From: Mustelus asterias
Lineage: Eukaryota
Assembly: GCF_964213995.1 (NCBI RefSeq)
Contig: NC_135830.1
Coordinates: 5,456,001 to 5,520,000 of the forward strand
Length of the DNA: 64,000 bases
Direction of reading: 5' to 3'
A program made the translations under genes and the position numbers. Of this stretch, positions 11,686-26,240 are shown in pieces. Numbering within the stretch: position 1 is the stretch's first letter; each line of letters opens with the position of its first letter. The notes under the pieces are model-generated. The model did not search any database. It was not told where the DNA came from and was given only the letters and a program-made list of their open reading frames with translations.

Positions 11686-12984
11686 TAGAATCCCTGCAGT
11701 GCAGAAGGAGCATATCGGGCCCGCATTGACAACGCTCTTCCCCAGGCCCTATTCCCATCCCTGCTAATTCACTTGATTCTATGGGACAATTCATCATCGC
11801 CAAACAACCTAAATGGCATATCCTTGGAGAATGTGCAGACTACACACAGACAGAGACCCATTCCGGGAATTGAACCATCAGTCCTTGATGCTGTAAAGTA
11901 GCAATGGTAACCACTGTGCTACCGTGCCGCCCACTAATAAATTAACAAAATAAACTCCTTATCTGATACAATGTTACACCTTATATTTCCCCAACAGCTC
12001 CTTAACCCTGTGAAAATTAACGGTGAAAGAAAACTTCTTGACTTATAATTAAGCATTGAGTTGACAGAGAAACATAAAATTGACATTGACTTTTGACAAA
12101 GAAGCTAATGAATTAGAACGGAACACGGCAATCAGGAAAGTTCTCCTTCAGCATCCAAATCATGACAGATCATTGTATTGGCGAGCAGCTGGTATTGGGA
12201 ACACAGGATATCAGGACTTTGCGGCATAATGCACAATATCACAAGAATAAATACTTCATCTTTCACTGAACCAGGTTATGAACTGATCATTTCTTCACTC
12301 ATTGGCAGTTATGAGAGGGACTGTTAAATAATTGAAATCAGATTATGCTGTACAACAGAACACGTTATACATCAGATATAAGTTTTTAATGAGGTGCAGA
12401 ACATTGAGAATATGCCCAAGTCCCCGCTGTTCAAGGCAGATATATGATTTTCTTTTAGTTTTAATTATTTTCATTTTTGTGCCTTTACACTGATCTCATG
12501 AGACGGAGGGATTGGGGACATCAACATACGTTGGTCATAAAGAGGCTTTAATTGTTGGAAGGACATTTCTTTGGAAGCTATACAAATGAAATAGCATCAA
12601 GTCAATTGACTAGTTTCCGATACTTTTTAATCACATAATGGACAGTGCATTCATATAAAATATTTGCTTCGAAGAAAAAACATTTAAAATGTGCCTTCCT
12701 TTTGGGAATAAAACATTTATTGTATAACTGACGAAGTCCCATGTTATCCTTACAGATTCACGTTAATCTGTCCGACGCAGCATTTGGCAACTGTCCAGGC
12801 TGCTGCCAAATACCCAAAAATATTTACAGGAAGCATCTGAGGGTGTTTGTTCGGTAAATCAAAAACCTGTTTCCTCAGTACTGAACACTTGGCTGCAAGC
12901 CAACTTCAAACTCTCAGCATTGTCAATGAGGCCTATTTATAAACAAATCTACCCAGCAACAGTACTGGAGGCAATTTAATTATT

Positions 12985-13100
12985 TTTAAGTTGCAAACAT
13001 CTATGAATGTTTCCCATTTCTTCGGAAAAGAAAGTATTCAGCTTCTCCGGCACCTTGTTAGCAACAATGATGAATCTCTCCAACACAACAAAACATTGAT
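12985..13100 (+). mobile_element. Possible ancient Gypsy-type LTR retrotransposon RT remnant
   Basis: Frame KLQTSMNVSHFFGKESIQLLRHLVSNND resembles the RT motif KC.F...V.FLGHVVS.DG; nothing else recognisable. Confidence 0.25.
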
Positions 13101-13749
13101 GGATAGATGTAGAAAAAATACCGGCAGATTATGAGAGTTGATTCAGAGAGGTGATATATTTTATACTAGATAAACATGTATGCTTGTGTTTTATTTCACT
13201 TCATTCTTCCATGGGACGTCAGAATCTCTGGAAAGGCCAACATTTATTCCCTTTCCCTAATTTCTCTTGAACTGAGTGGTATGCTAGGGCATCTCAGAAG
13301 GCATTGCCCAGTTAGTTATATTGCTGTCCGTCTGCAGTCACATCCTGATGAGACCAGGTAGGGATGGCAGATTTCCTTCATTGGGGAATCAGAGAGGTTT
13401 ACCTGGTCGCTGTCAGTATGTATTCCAGATTTATTGATTGAATTCAAATTCCACCAGCTGCCAGGGTCGGATTTAATCTCGTGTCTCCACATCATTGGCC
13501 TGGGCTTCTGGATTACTGGTACACTGGCATTAATATTACGCCACCATCTACCCAGCAATAAAGGAATACTTGCGTTGATGCAGGGATGAACGATAGTTGG
13601 ATGCCTGAATGTTTTGCTTCAGAAATCAGAGAGTGGACGGATGGATGGGACGATAGCTGGTCCTAAAATATGCTGTTCTACATTCGCATATTTGTGATTT
13701 ACTACTTCAAAAATCGAAGCATGTCCTTTATTCCAAGTGTGTCAGTATA

Positions 13750-15770
13750 TAAGACCATAAGTCCAGAAGACATAAGAAATAGGAGCAGAATGAGGCCACT
13801 CGGTCCATTGAGTCTGCTCCCGCCATTCAATGATCGCTGATATTTTTCTCATCCATATTCTCTTGCCTTTTCCCCATAACCACTGATCCTCTTATAAATC
13901 ACAAACCCATCTATCTGTGTCTTAAAAACACCCAATGACCTGGCCTCCACAGCCTTCTCCGGCAAGAGATCCACAGATTCGCCACACTCTGGCTGAAGAA
14001 ATTCCTCCTCATCTCTGTTTTAAAGGATCGTCCCTTTAGTCTGAGGTTGTGCCCTCTGGTTCTAGTTTTTCCTACGAGTGGAAACATCCGCTCCACGCCC
14101 ACTCTATCCAGGCCTCGCAGTATCCTGAAAGATTCAATAAGATCTTCCCTCATCTTTCAAAACTCCAACGAGTACAGATCCAGAGGACTCAACCGTTCCT
14201 CATACAGCAAACTCTTCATTTCAGCAATCATTCTTGTGAAACTCCACTGGACCCTTTCCATGGCCAGCACATCCTTCCTTAGATATGGGGCCCAAAACTG
14301 CTCACAATACTCCATTTGGGTCTGACCAGAGCCTTGTACAGACTCAGAAGTACATCCCTGCTCTTGCATTCTGGCCCTCTCGACATGAATGCTAACATTG
14401 CATTTGCCTTCCTGAACCTGCACTTTAACCTTAAGAGAATCTTGAACAATGACTCCCAAGTCCCTTCGTATTTTTGATTTCCTCAGCATTTTCCCATTTA
14501 GAAAATAGTCTATGCCTCCATTCCTCCTTCCAAGAGCATAACCTCACACTTTTCCAAATTGTAATCCAGCTGCCACATCTTTGCCGACTCTGCTAACCTG
14601 TCCAAGCCCTTCTGCAGCCCCCCTGTTTCCTCAATACTACCTGTCCCTCTACATATCTTTGTATAATCTGCAACCTGAGCAACAGTGCCTTCAGTTCCTT
14701 CCTCCAAATCGTTAATGCATACTGTGAAAAGTTGTGTTCCCAATACTGATTCCTGAGGCACACCACTAGTCACCGGCTGCCATCCTGAGAAAGACCCCTT
14801 TATTCCCACTCTCTGCCTTCTGCTAATCAACCAATCCTCTATCCATGACAGGACCTTACCCTTAACACCATGTGCACTGAACTTATTTAACAGTCTCTTT
14901 TTCGGCACCTTGTCAAAGGCCTTCTGGAAATCTAAATAAATCATGTCCACTGGCTCTCCTTTACCTAACTTCCTTGCTACCTCCTCAAATAACTCTAACA
15001 GATTTGTCAGATGTTACCTCCCCTTCACAAAACTGTACTGGACTCAGGCCTACTTTATCATGCACTTCCATGTACTCTGCGGTCTCATCTTTAATAATGG
15101 AATTTAAAGTCTTGCCTCTGAACGAAGCCAGGCTAACCAACCTATAATTTCGCGTCTGCTGCCTCCCTTAAACCATCTGAAACAGTGGTGTTGCATTCGC
15201 TACTTTCCAGTCCTCTGGTACATTCCCTGCCTCCAGTGATTTCTGAAAGACCACCACCAATGCTTCCACAATTTCCTCAGTTATCTCTTTTAGAACCCTG
15301 CAGTGTAGCCCTTCCGGTCCAGGTGATTTATCCACCTTCAGACCTTTCAATTTCCCCAGAACCTTCTCCTTAGTGATGGCCACTACAGCCACCTGTGCCC
15401 CCAGAATCTCCTGGAGCTCTGGCATTCCACTGGTGTTTTCCACCGTGAAGACTGATATAAAGTAACTATTCAGGTCCTCTGCCATTGCTTTGTTTCCTAT
15501 TATTGCTTCTCCAGTCTAATTTTCCAGTGGTCCAATGTCAATTCTTGCGTCTTTCTTACCTTTTTTTATATTGAAAAGTACTCCCCCTGTCTTATTTTAT
15601 ATTACTAGCTAGCTTACACTCATATTTCATCTTCTCCTCCCCTTATTGCTTTTTTAGTTGTCCTCTGCTCGCTTTTAAATACGTCCCAATCCTCTGGCTT
15701 CCCACAAATCTTTGCCGCTTTGTATGCTTTAACTTTTGCTTTAATGCTGTGCTTGACCTTTATGCTGTGC
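13750..15770 (-). mobile_element. CR1 LINE, degenerate ORF2 fragment
   Basis: Broken ORFs 13911-15485 with YLDFQKAFDKVP, GVPQESVLG, KSPGPEG, PEDWKVAN. Confidence 0.92.
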
Positions 15771-15881
15771 TGCAACTTTTAGTCCTTCCAGATTTTCTCG
15801 GTGAATTCAATCCCCGAGATATCGGGAACAAATGAACTAAGAGCAGTCTGATTTTTTTTCCATCTGCTGACGGTGACTCGA

Positions 15882-16446
15882 GTCATAGTCATAGAGGTTG
15901 AGAGCATGGACACAAGCATTTCGGCCCAACTTGTCCATACCGCCCTTTTTATTAGCCACTAAGCTTGTCCCAATTTCCCGCATTTGGCCCATAACCCTCT
16001 GTACCCATCTTACCCATGTAACTGTCTAAACCCTTTTTAAAAGACAAAATTGTACCCGCCTCTACCACTACCTCTTGCAGCCTGTTCCAGACACTTGCCA
16101 CACTCTGTGTGAAACAATATCCCCTCTGAACCATTTTGTATCTCTCCACTCTCATCATCAACCTATGCCCTCTCGTTTTAGACTCCTCTACAATTGGGAA
16201 AATATATTGACTATCGAGCTGATCTATGCGCCTCATTATTTTATAGACATCTATAAGATCCCCCCAATCCTCCTACGCTCCGGAGAAAAAGTCCCAGTCT
16301 ATCCAGCCTCTCCCTACAACTCAAACCATCAAGGCCTCGTAGCATTCTAGTAAAACCTTTCTGCATTCTTTCCAGTTTAATAATATCCGTTCTATAATAG
16401 GGTGACCAGAACTGTACACAGCATTCCAAGTGTAGCCTCACCGATG
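15882..16446 (-). mobile_element. CR1 LINE 3' fragment
   Basis: ORFs 15952..16236 and 16241..16468 are CR1 RT C-terminal pieces. Confidence 0.9.
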
Positions 16447-16671
16447 TCTTCAAAATCTTCAAATCCAAGATGGAAAGAGGGATTAGGTTGAGGGGGAGGA
16501 TTGTAATATTTGGAACATATGGCCCTTTCTAGTGCAACAAATCACTCAACATATCATCACCTAAATTAGTGAAGGTAACAGGCTAAAAAATTAATGAGGC
16601 AATTGAAATGTTGTGAAACTCACTGGACAGATCCAAGTGGTAAATGACTTTCCAGTACTGTGTAAGTGTGC

Positions 16672-17000
16672 AAGGGCGACACGGTGTCATATTGGTTAGC
16701 CCTGCTGCCTCACAACGCCAGGGACCCGGGTTCAATTCCGTCCTCAGGTCACTGTCTTTGTGGACTTTGCAGTTTCTCTCCTTGTCTGTGTGGCTTTCCT
16801 CCGGGTATTCTAGTATCCTCCTGCAGTCGGAACATATGCAGTTCAGGTTGATTGGCCATGCTGAATTAACCCTTGTGTCAGGGGTATTAATGGGGTTAAT
16901 ATGAGGGGTCACGGGAATAGGGCCTGGGTAGGATTGAGGTCGCTCCAGACTCGATGGGCCCAGTGGTCTCATTCTGCACTGTAGATTCTTTGTTCTATGA
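16672..17000 (+). mobile_element. tRNA-derived V-SINE (HE1-like) with CR1-type tail
   Basis: Head ggttagccctgctgcctcacaacgccagggacccgggttcaattcc, V-like core, tail gactcgatgggcc...ctgcactgtag...ttctatga. Other copies ~8325-8805, 11685-11930(-), 44955-45190, 49052-49370(-), 58235-58385, 63790-64000. Confidence 0.8.
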
Positions 17001-18846
17001 ATAATTAATCTGGATCTTAAGATTCTATAACGTCATATTAGATATTATAAATTATATGTGACATTAGATACAGGTACTTTCAGTTCTACAGTCACTTTAA
17101 AAATGGTTACACACTCCAGTTATATATCAGGGGTTTGTGTGTGATGATGAGGTGATTACGTGTCAATAAAGCGCAGAGGCTGCTGGGTCGCTGCTCATTA
17201 TCCTCGGTCTGATTTGATTCGACTTCCCGCTGAATTCTGGGACAGATTTGATTCTTTGGTGACAGAAAGGCCAAAGTGACCTCAATAAATTTGAATCTCA
17301 ATAAACTACAATAAATAAACTGCAACTATATTTGTACCAATAAAATGCTGAAAATAATTTGTGAAATATTTATTTGTTTTTGTGATTTGCAGATTATCAG
17401 TAATATTAGCGCCAGGCAATGACCATCTCCAAAAAGAGAGAATCTACCCATTGCTCCTTGTTATTCAATGATATTACGATACTGAATCACCCACTATGAA
17501 CATCGTCGGGGTTACCATTGGCTAATCGCTGAATTAACTAGATATATAAATGCTCCGGCTGGAATATCAGGTCAGCTTGCTGTGACTAACTAACCTCCTG
17601 ACTCCCCAAACCTGTCCACCACCTACAAACAACAACTCAGGAGTAATTGAGTTCTCTCCACTTGCTTGAATGAGTGCAGCTCAAACAACATTCAAGAAGC
17701 TTTATAGCATTCAGGACAAAGCAGGCGGCTTGACTGGCATAGCATTTGCAAATGCTCACTCCCTCCATCACCGACAAACAACAGCAGCATTATACACCAT
17801 CTACAAGTTTCACTTCAGGAACTCACCAAGACTCATTAGGCAACACCTTCCAACCACAGGACTGTTACCATTTGGAAGAACAGGGGTAAGAGTTACCTGG
17901 GAATATCACCTGTAAATTCCACTCCAAGTCAGTCATATAACTGACTTGGAAAAATATCGCCCTTCCTTCACTGTCGCTCGATTGAAATCCTGGAATACCC
18001 TCTGTAACTGCACTGTGTGAGTACATACACCACAGGCTTCGCAGCAATTCACGAAGGTAGCTCGCCACCAGCTTACTGAGGGCAATTAGGGATAGGCAAC
18101 AAATGTTGACCTTGCCAGCAACGATCACATCCCTTAAATTAAAACGTAAATATATTAATGTTTATGAATGGTTGATAACTGGTGAACAAATTTATGCAAC
18201 TTTGTGAATGGATGGCAATTGGTGAAAATAAATACCAACTTTATGAACATTTATAATCTTCTCTTTCTTAATGGAAGATAGCATGCGCGCCACAGGAGAT
18301 GCATGATTCAAAAGCACAACACTACCGGGAAAAAAAGCCGCCAAAGGACACTGCAACAACTACAGATATATGTACATCATTGCCAGCGACACATCTGAAA
18401 ACATTCATCTGTTTGAAGATCCGGATTATCCTGAAGCACAATGTTGTGTTTTTAATGGAAGATTGACTCTGGAAAGTATCTGCTTCATATGCCCTATGTA
18501 CTTATCTTTACCTTCGTCAATCTCATCAAGACATTCAGCACTTGTAGCAGAGCAGGGACTACCATGCTTGGGAAAAAGTCGCACTCCATCAAACCTCCTC
18601 GGTCTCATTCATGACACAGAAAACGACAACATAAAACCACAATTGGTAGCTTCATGGGCAGCACTTGTAACAGAGCCAACCTCTCAAAAATTGTCCTTCT
18701 CAGTCATCAACAAAGGTGACATTTGAAAAAGAAACCATTCTGAAATTGATGTGTTTACTCTGTGTCTATTTTTTATTTTAAATGGAAGGACGTCGGTTAT
18801 CATTGTGAAATTGATTTGTAAACAATATGACGTTTTTCAGACAACG

Positions 18847-18884
<38 letters not shown>

Positions 18885-19384
18885 TTTTCCTTCAATTTAA
18901 GACTCCATCTTTGCTTCCTGGGGGGTTTAGAAGACAATTACCCCAACTATCTTTCAGATGAAATGAAGAACAAACAAATTTTCCTCAAGACCATGTTTGC
19001 TGAACTGAACATTAAAGGTCCCATTGTCTCCAACAGCGCCCTGGTCAGCATTCCTCCTTCTAACCAAAATGAACAAATATACATTACCGTGGATTGAGGC
19101 ATTATGCTCTGATGCTGACCTGGCAACATAGGAACAGAGGAGCAGAAGTTCCCCTCCAAGCCACTCACCATCCTGACTTGGAAATATGTCGCCGTTCCTT
19201 CACAAACGCTGAGTCAAAATCCTTAAATTTCCTCCCTAACGGCATTGTGGGTCTACCCACAGAACATGTACTGCAGCGATCCAAGAAGGCAACTCACCAT
19301 AACCTTCTCAAGGGCAACTAGGTATGGGGAATAAATGTTGACCAGCCAGCGAAGCCCATGTCCCAAGAATGAATAAAAAAAGCA

Positions 19385-20050
19385 GACGCAGGCCATTCAG
19401 CTTCTCGAACTCGCCCCCCATTCATAAGATCATCGCTGATCTGTGGCCAAACCCTATGTACCTGCCCTTGGCCCATATCCCTTGATACCCCTGTTCAATA
19501 AAAAAATCGACCTCAGACATAAATTTAATAATTAAACCAGCACCCACTGGCCTTTGCGGAAGAGAGTTCCTAAAGTCCACCACTCTCTGGGTGTAGAAAT
19601 ACTTTCTATCAACTCTCCTGAACGGCTTGGCCCTGTTTTTGTTTCATTATGGCCCTTTATTCTAGAGCCTTCAACTGGTGGAAAAAAAATTATCCGCACT
19701 CCTCAAGCTTCTGAATTCGAGAGAAAAAGTCCCAATTTGTCTAATTTCTCCTCGCAACGTAACCCCTGAAGGCCAGATATAATTCTTGTGAACCTGCATT
19801 CAACTCCCTCCAAAGCCAAAATCTTTGCAAAGGTGTGGTGCCCAAACCTGTGCACAGTACTCCAGGTGGACTCTAACCAGGATTTTGCATAATTGCAGCA
19901 TAACATCTGCATCGCTATACTCCAGTCCTGTAGATACAAAGGCCAAAATTCCGTTGACCTGCTTGACTATTTTCTGCATCAGTTCGTGGCATTTTAAGAA
20001 GCTATTCACTTGAAGTCCCAAATCTCGCTGGGCATCCACTAAATTTAATT
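19385..20050 (-). mobile_element. CR1 LINE 3' fragment, degenerate
   Basis: ORFs 19703..19939 and 19800..20039 (QRDLG, VHLEYCAQVWAP). Confidence 0.85.
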
Positions 20051-21009
20051 TTGTGCCTTCTAAAAACTACCTTGATCTTTCATTTGGATTATTTGACTTT
20101 TTGTGGCATTATCTAAGCCATTATGAATATTGTAAATAATTGAGACCTCAAGACAGATTCCTGCGGGACACAACTTAACCTGTATTATTCAGCAACGTAC
20201 ATCTCATCTATAATTCGTTGCACCTTAAATTTGGGCACTTTCTGCAGAAGGGGATGTGGTCTTACATTTATGAATGTGAGTTCTTTGTATATTACTGTCA
20301 TAAATCGTACCTGACAGCGATATATTTACAGTAACTGTAATTGCAGAATTTTGCCAGCAGATGGAATTGGCATCTTGATGGTTTACATTACATGAAGAAG
20401 GCACTGCCTCAATAAAGACTAACTGGACATTAACTTTGCAGTTCTGCCACATGCAGTCCTGAATGGTGATGGACATTTAAACAAGTAACTGCAGCAGGAG
20501 CCTCAAACGAAAGGGAAAAGAAACAAGACTGAAACAATTGCTCCTATGTTCAGGCAGAAGATGTTCCATCTCTGCCTTCCCCTGATGCCCCGAACATCAC
20601 AGATGCCAGTCTCCAAGGAGGTCAATTCATTCAACATGCTACGAGAGGACACAGGTTTAAGGTGCTGGGTGGTAGGTACAGGGGAAATGTTAGGGATAAG
20701 TTTTTCACACAGAGGGCGGTGGGCGATTGGAATCGGCTGCCGTCAGTGGTGGTGGAGGCAAACTCAATAGGGTCTTTTAAGAGACTCCTGGACTCCTGTA
20801 CATGGGACTTAATAGGATGGAGGGTTACAAGTAGGCCTAAAAGGTAGGGATATGTTCGGTACAACTTGTGGGGCCGAAGGGCCTGTTTTGTGCTGTAGTT
20901 TTCTATATTTCTATGTTTCTATAACATTGAGGATAGGAACAGGAGTAGACCATTCAGCCCCTGGAGCCCGCTCCGCCATGCAATATGATCATGATTGATC
21001 TGTGGCCTA

Positions 21010-22570
21010 ACCCTGTGCTGAAAGCATTGGATACTGCAAAGATTATGGATCCTGACAATATTTCAGCAATAATAATAACGGTTTGTGCTCTGGAGCTAGC
21101 TGAGCCTCAGCCAATCTATTCAAGTACAGCTACATCACGGTCACATACACAACAGTGTGAAAATTGGCAGACGTGACCTGTTTCTGAAGGTAGGACAAAC
21201 CCAACCCGACCAATTACCGCCCAATGCGTCCTCACTCGATCAACGTAATGGTAAGTATGAAGGATCATCTAAAAAAGTAATAATAATATAATAATATCAA
21301 TACTGCTACAACTACAAATAATAGTAATCTGCTCAATGATGCTCTGTTTGGGTCCCACTCGGAGCACTCAGTTCCAGAAATCATTTAAGCTTAGTCCAAA
21401 TCTAGTGGAAATAGCTGCTTTAATGAGGTGAGGTGAGAGTGCCTGCCCTCGGCATCAACGCAGCAGTTGACCGATTGTGGCATCAATAAGCCCGAGCAAA
21501 GCTGCAGTCAATGGGGATCCGGGGGAAAACAAAACATTCCACTGGCTTCAGTCATACCGAGCACAGAGTAAGATGGCTGTGGCTGTTGAAAGCCAATCAT
21601 CTCAGTCACAGGGCATTTGCTGAAGGAACTCCTCAGGATAGTGCCCTCGGCCTAATATTCACGCTTCAATACAAGCTCAGAAGTGGGATGTTCACTGATG
21701 ATTGCACGATGTTCAGCACATTTACAACTTCTCAGATACTGAGGCAGTCCGTGTCCGTCAGCAGAAAGACTTAGAAAACATTCAGGCTTTGGCTGTGAAG
21801 TGGCATGTGACATTCACGCCACCGGGGTGACAGGCAATGACCCCTTCAGGTAACGGAGATTGCAATCATCTCCGCTTGCCATTAATTGAATGACTACAGC
21901 TGAAACCCCACTATCATCATTCTGGGAATTGCCATTGATGGAAAATTGAACTGGGACAGCCATGTCAATAATATTGCTACAAAAACAGGTCAGAGGCTGG
22001 GAATTGTGCGTGGAGTAACTCACCTCCTGACTTCCCAAACCCTATCCATCATATAAAGGCAAAAGTCAGGATTGTGATTCTCCACTTGCCTGGCGCGTGG
22101 TACTGAAGCAACAACCAAAAAGCTCGAAACCACCCAGCAAAAAGCAGGCGGCTGGATGAACACCCCATCAACCACTTTAAACATTCACTCTCTGCATCAC
22201 AGATGTACAACTCTAGCCGTGTGACCCATTTACAACTTGTGTAGCAGCAACATAATCCTTTGGTAGCAACTTCCAAACACATTAACTCTGACACTTAAAA
22301 TGACATGGGCAGCAGAGGCAGGAGAATACAATTACCTGCAAATGCCCATAAAACCTCCACACCGTCTTGACTGGGATCTATATCACTATTTTTTCAGTGT
22401 CAACGGATGAAAATCTTGCAACTCCCTTCCCATCAGCACTGTATGTGTACTTACTCATAGGGAATGCAACGATTTAAAAAGAGGGCTCACTGGCACATTC
22501 TCAAAGGAAAAAATAGAAGTGGCAACAAATCCTACGTTACCAGTGACAGCAAAACCTCATTAAATGATTT
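21010..22570 (+). mobile_element. Older L2/CR1-superfamily LINE, degenerate RT and 3' end
   Basis: Remnants of ..PQDSALG and MFTDD (ORF 21511..21774); tail shared with 920-1530; paralog at 4180-4990. Confidence 0.7.
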
Positions 22571-22661
22571 TGAACATGTCATATATCTGATTACGTTCAA
22601 CTAGCCCCCACGTCTGTTTGCATTGCAACAGGCCATGTCCCAGCCACATTACAGCATGTCC

Positions 22662-23840
22662 TAGAACATAGAACATAGAAAAACAACAGCACAAACAGGC
22701 CCTTCGGCCCACAAGTTGTGCCGAACACGTCCCTACCTTCTAGACCTACCTGTAACCCTCCATCCTATTAAGCTCCATGTACTCATCCAGGAGTCTCTTA
22801 AGATACCCTATTGAGTTCGCCTCCACCACCACTGACGGCAGCCGATTTCACTCGCCCACCACCCTCTGTGTGAAAAACTTACCCATAACATCTCCCCTGT
22901 ACCTACCCCCCCCCCCCCCCCAGCACCTTAAACCTGTGTCCTCTCGTAGCAGACATTTCCACCCTGGGAAAAAGCCTCTGAGAGTCCACCCGATCTATGC
23001 CTCTCAACATCTTATACACCTCTATTCGGTCTGCTCTCATCCTTCGTCTCTCCAAGGAGAAAAGACCGAGCTCCCTCAGCCTATCCTCATAAGGCTTGCC
23101 ACTCAATCCAGGCAACATCCTTGTAAATTTCCTCTGCACCCTTTCAATCTTTTCCACATCCTTCCTATAGTGAGGCGAGCAGAACTGAGCACAGTACTCC
23201 AAGTGGGGTCTGATGAGGGTTTTATATAGCTGCATCATTATCCCCGGACTCCTAAACTCAATCCCTTGATTGATAAAGGCCAGCACACCATACGCCTTCT
23301 TAACCACCTCCTCCACCTGCGGGGCCGATTTCAGAGTCCTATGGACCCGTATCCCAAGGTCCTTCTGATCCTCTACAGTACTAAGAGTCTTTCCCTTTAT
23401 ATTGTACTCCTTCATCCCATTTGACCTACCAAAATGGACCACGACGCATTTATCTGGGTTGAAGTCCATCTGCCACTTGCCCACCCAGTCTTGCATCCTA
23501 TCTATGTCCCTCTGTAACTTCTAGCATCCCTCCAGACTATCCACAACCCCACCAACCTTCGTGTCGTCGGCAAACTTAACCCATCCCTCCGCTTCCTCAT
23601 CCGTGTCATTTATGAAAATGACAAACAGCAAGGGTCCCAGAACAGATCCCTGGGGCACACCACTGGTGACCAACCTCCAATTAGAAAAAGACCCATCTAT
23701 GCACACTATCTGCCTCCTTTGGGCAAGCCAGTTCTGGATCCACCGGCAGCAGCCCCTTGGATCCCATGCCATCTCACTTTTTCTAGAAGCCTTGCATGGG
23801 GGACCTTATCGAATGCCTTGCTAAAATCCATATAAACCAT
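22662..23840 (-). mobile_element. CR1 LINE RT fragment
   Basis: [24 protein letters not shown] in ORFs 22903..23772; short direct repeat atgtcct at the flanks; empty site at ~5095. Confidence 0.93.
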
Positions 23841-23969
23841 ATAATCCATATGTCCTGTCTCTGTTAGTTCTCTACTCGGCTCATTATCAGTTATTCATAA
23901 GTGAAGCCAAAGCCTGTTTACACGATGGTTTCTGAATTATGACTGTGCTGAAATATGTTTCAGTTAATC

Positions 23970-24255
23970 AGGGCGGCACGGTGGCACAGTGCCAGGGACC
24001 CGGGTTCAATTCCCAACATGGGTGACTGTCTGTGTGGAGTCGGCACGTTATCCTTATGTCTGCGTGGGTTTCCTCCGGGTGCTCTGGTTTCCACTCACCG
24101 TCCGAAAGAGGTGCTGGTTTGGTGCATTTTGGCCATGCTAAATTCTCCCTCGGTGTACTCAAACAGACACCGGAGTGTGACCACTCGGGGTTCTTCACAG
24201 TAACTTCATTGCAGTGTGAATGAAAGCCGACTTATGACACTAATAAATAAGCTTT
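23970..24255 (+). mobile_element. V-SINE variant with a different (non-CR1) tail
   Basis: Same head/core as the HE1-like SINE but tail ...ggagtgtgaccactcgggg.ttttcacagtaacttcattgcagtg...gacactaataaa. Other copies 29120-29435(-), 30160-30440, 36610-36890, 53970-54230. Confidence 0.75.
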
Positions 24256-26240
24256 AAATCTTTAATCTGGGAAGAGACGGTGTCTCAATTCCTACTGCAT
24301 CAGAACCTTTATCTGTGACTCCTAGACTGGACCAACATCCTTCTTGCGTTACACAAGTTTCGGTCACTGTCATTACTCTAATGGTTCATTAGATCTAATA
24401 AACTCGACACTGTTTTAGTTAATGCTGCACAAGTGCATGTATTTGTTTATTCAACACTGTGCCCTGCCTCTGTTATTATTGCATCATGTGATCCCTCTAA
24501 TTTGCTGCATTGTCCATATCTCAGTGTATGCCAGTCTAGATCACATATTAATAATTATTACCAATGCGCTAGACTCTTTCTGAGTTTATATCAGTCTAAA
24601 TATCGTACCTCTAGTCATTAATAACACACTAAATTCTGTCTCAGTTTTTATCAGTCTAGGTCCTGCATCAGTAATGATCACTAACACACTGGACTCTGTC
24701 TCAGTTTATGTCAGTCCAGATTCTGTATCAGTAATTACTCCTAATGCTCTAAGCTCTGCCTCCGTTAATATCGGTTCAGGCCTGTATCAGTAATTGACAC
24801 TATGTGTCTCAGTTTATATCGCGCAAGTAACTGCATTCGGTTAAATTGCACTGGACACCATCTCAGTTTTTCTTGTATTCGTTGATGTCATTCATATTTT
24901 TAAAATATTTATTTCATGGGATGTGGGTGTCTCTGGTAAGGCCAGTATTTCGCCTTTAACTTCCCACAAGGCACTCAGCACGAACTCATTTCTATTCCAC
25001 TGCATCAGGCCTCTGTTAATATTAAAATAGATCCTGTCTCTGTTAATATTCCGCTTGACCAGAGCTTAGTTTATGATGCACTAGACCCAATCCCTGTTTA
25101 TATGACATTTGATCCTGACTCTGTCTATAATTCGCGAGACCAGGTCACTGTTATTACTGCACTATAGTATTCCTCTGTCTGAACTATGGCTCCATGAACA
25201 TTACTCAACGGTTCTGTGAGGTAGAGAGATAATATAATGCATAAATATGCTGGGCTATAAACATCTGTATTCAGCAGGATCTTGAAACGGAAAATATTGG
25301 ATCGACAGTGTATGCTGCGCAGGTTTTGATATCTATTTTCAATGCATCAGTAGAATGAGCTTTCAAATATCACTTCTTCTTTTCCAGTTCCCAAGACTTG
25401 TCTCCATCCGTCAGAGTTGTATCTGTAGGAGGATGCAGAGAATCGTGTTCCCATAGCCACTTTTCACATTATTGCGCATTGTCCAGTACAGTAATAACTG
25501 AGTCCGTGCCCAATATAAAATGAACATGGACATGGTCAAGTGCATCCAGTTTAGTACAGAGACTGGTCTACATTAATAAAAGCAGAGTCATTGTCGATCT
25601 CAATATGAACAGAGACATGGTGACGTGTAATATAAACAGAGACAGCATCTAGTTTATTATAAACAGAAAGTACGTCTAGTGTAATGTGAACAGAGACAAA
25701 ATCTTCTTTAATATAAACCGAAACAGGGATTAGTTAATTTAACATCAGCAGAGACAGGTCACAGATGAGTGCAATATAGAGACAGGGCCGAGTGTCCCAT
25801 CAAACATTCCAAGGGCAGGTGTAGCATGTGTTTAGGCACCGAATGTAAAGCTCCCTGCACAGTGCAACATTAAACACTCCCAAGCAGGTGTAGCACGGGA
25901 TAGATAAAAAGTGAAACTCCATCCACACTATCTCAATCAAGCATTTCCAGCAAATGAAGACTGTTTAGAAGCAGTAAAAATCTCTCTACACTGTCCATTG
26001 AAACAATTGGACGCTGGGACAGAAAGGGTTAGATACAGGGAATGATCAAGATACATATTGGAGAAAAGCTCCCTCTATAGATTGAATTAAATCCATTTAG
26101 TTAGAGGCCTGAAAATAGACCTGAGAGAATACATTTGCTGGAGTTTGACTTGATGTTGTTGAGTAAAGACATTGACCCATCGTGGAGAGACAAAACAAGA
26201 CATAGAATCAGAGAGGAGAAAGACAAAGACAGATAAAGCA

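Noticed and set aside
16690-16750. SINE heads as tRNA genes
   Set aside because: A/B-box-like motifs continue directly into SINE core sequence and do not form a full cloverleaf.
18370-18726. 118-aa plus-strand ORF in the duplicated block
   Set aside because: Frame not preserved in the paralog at 1750-2075 and no recognisable domain.
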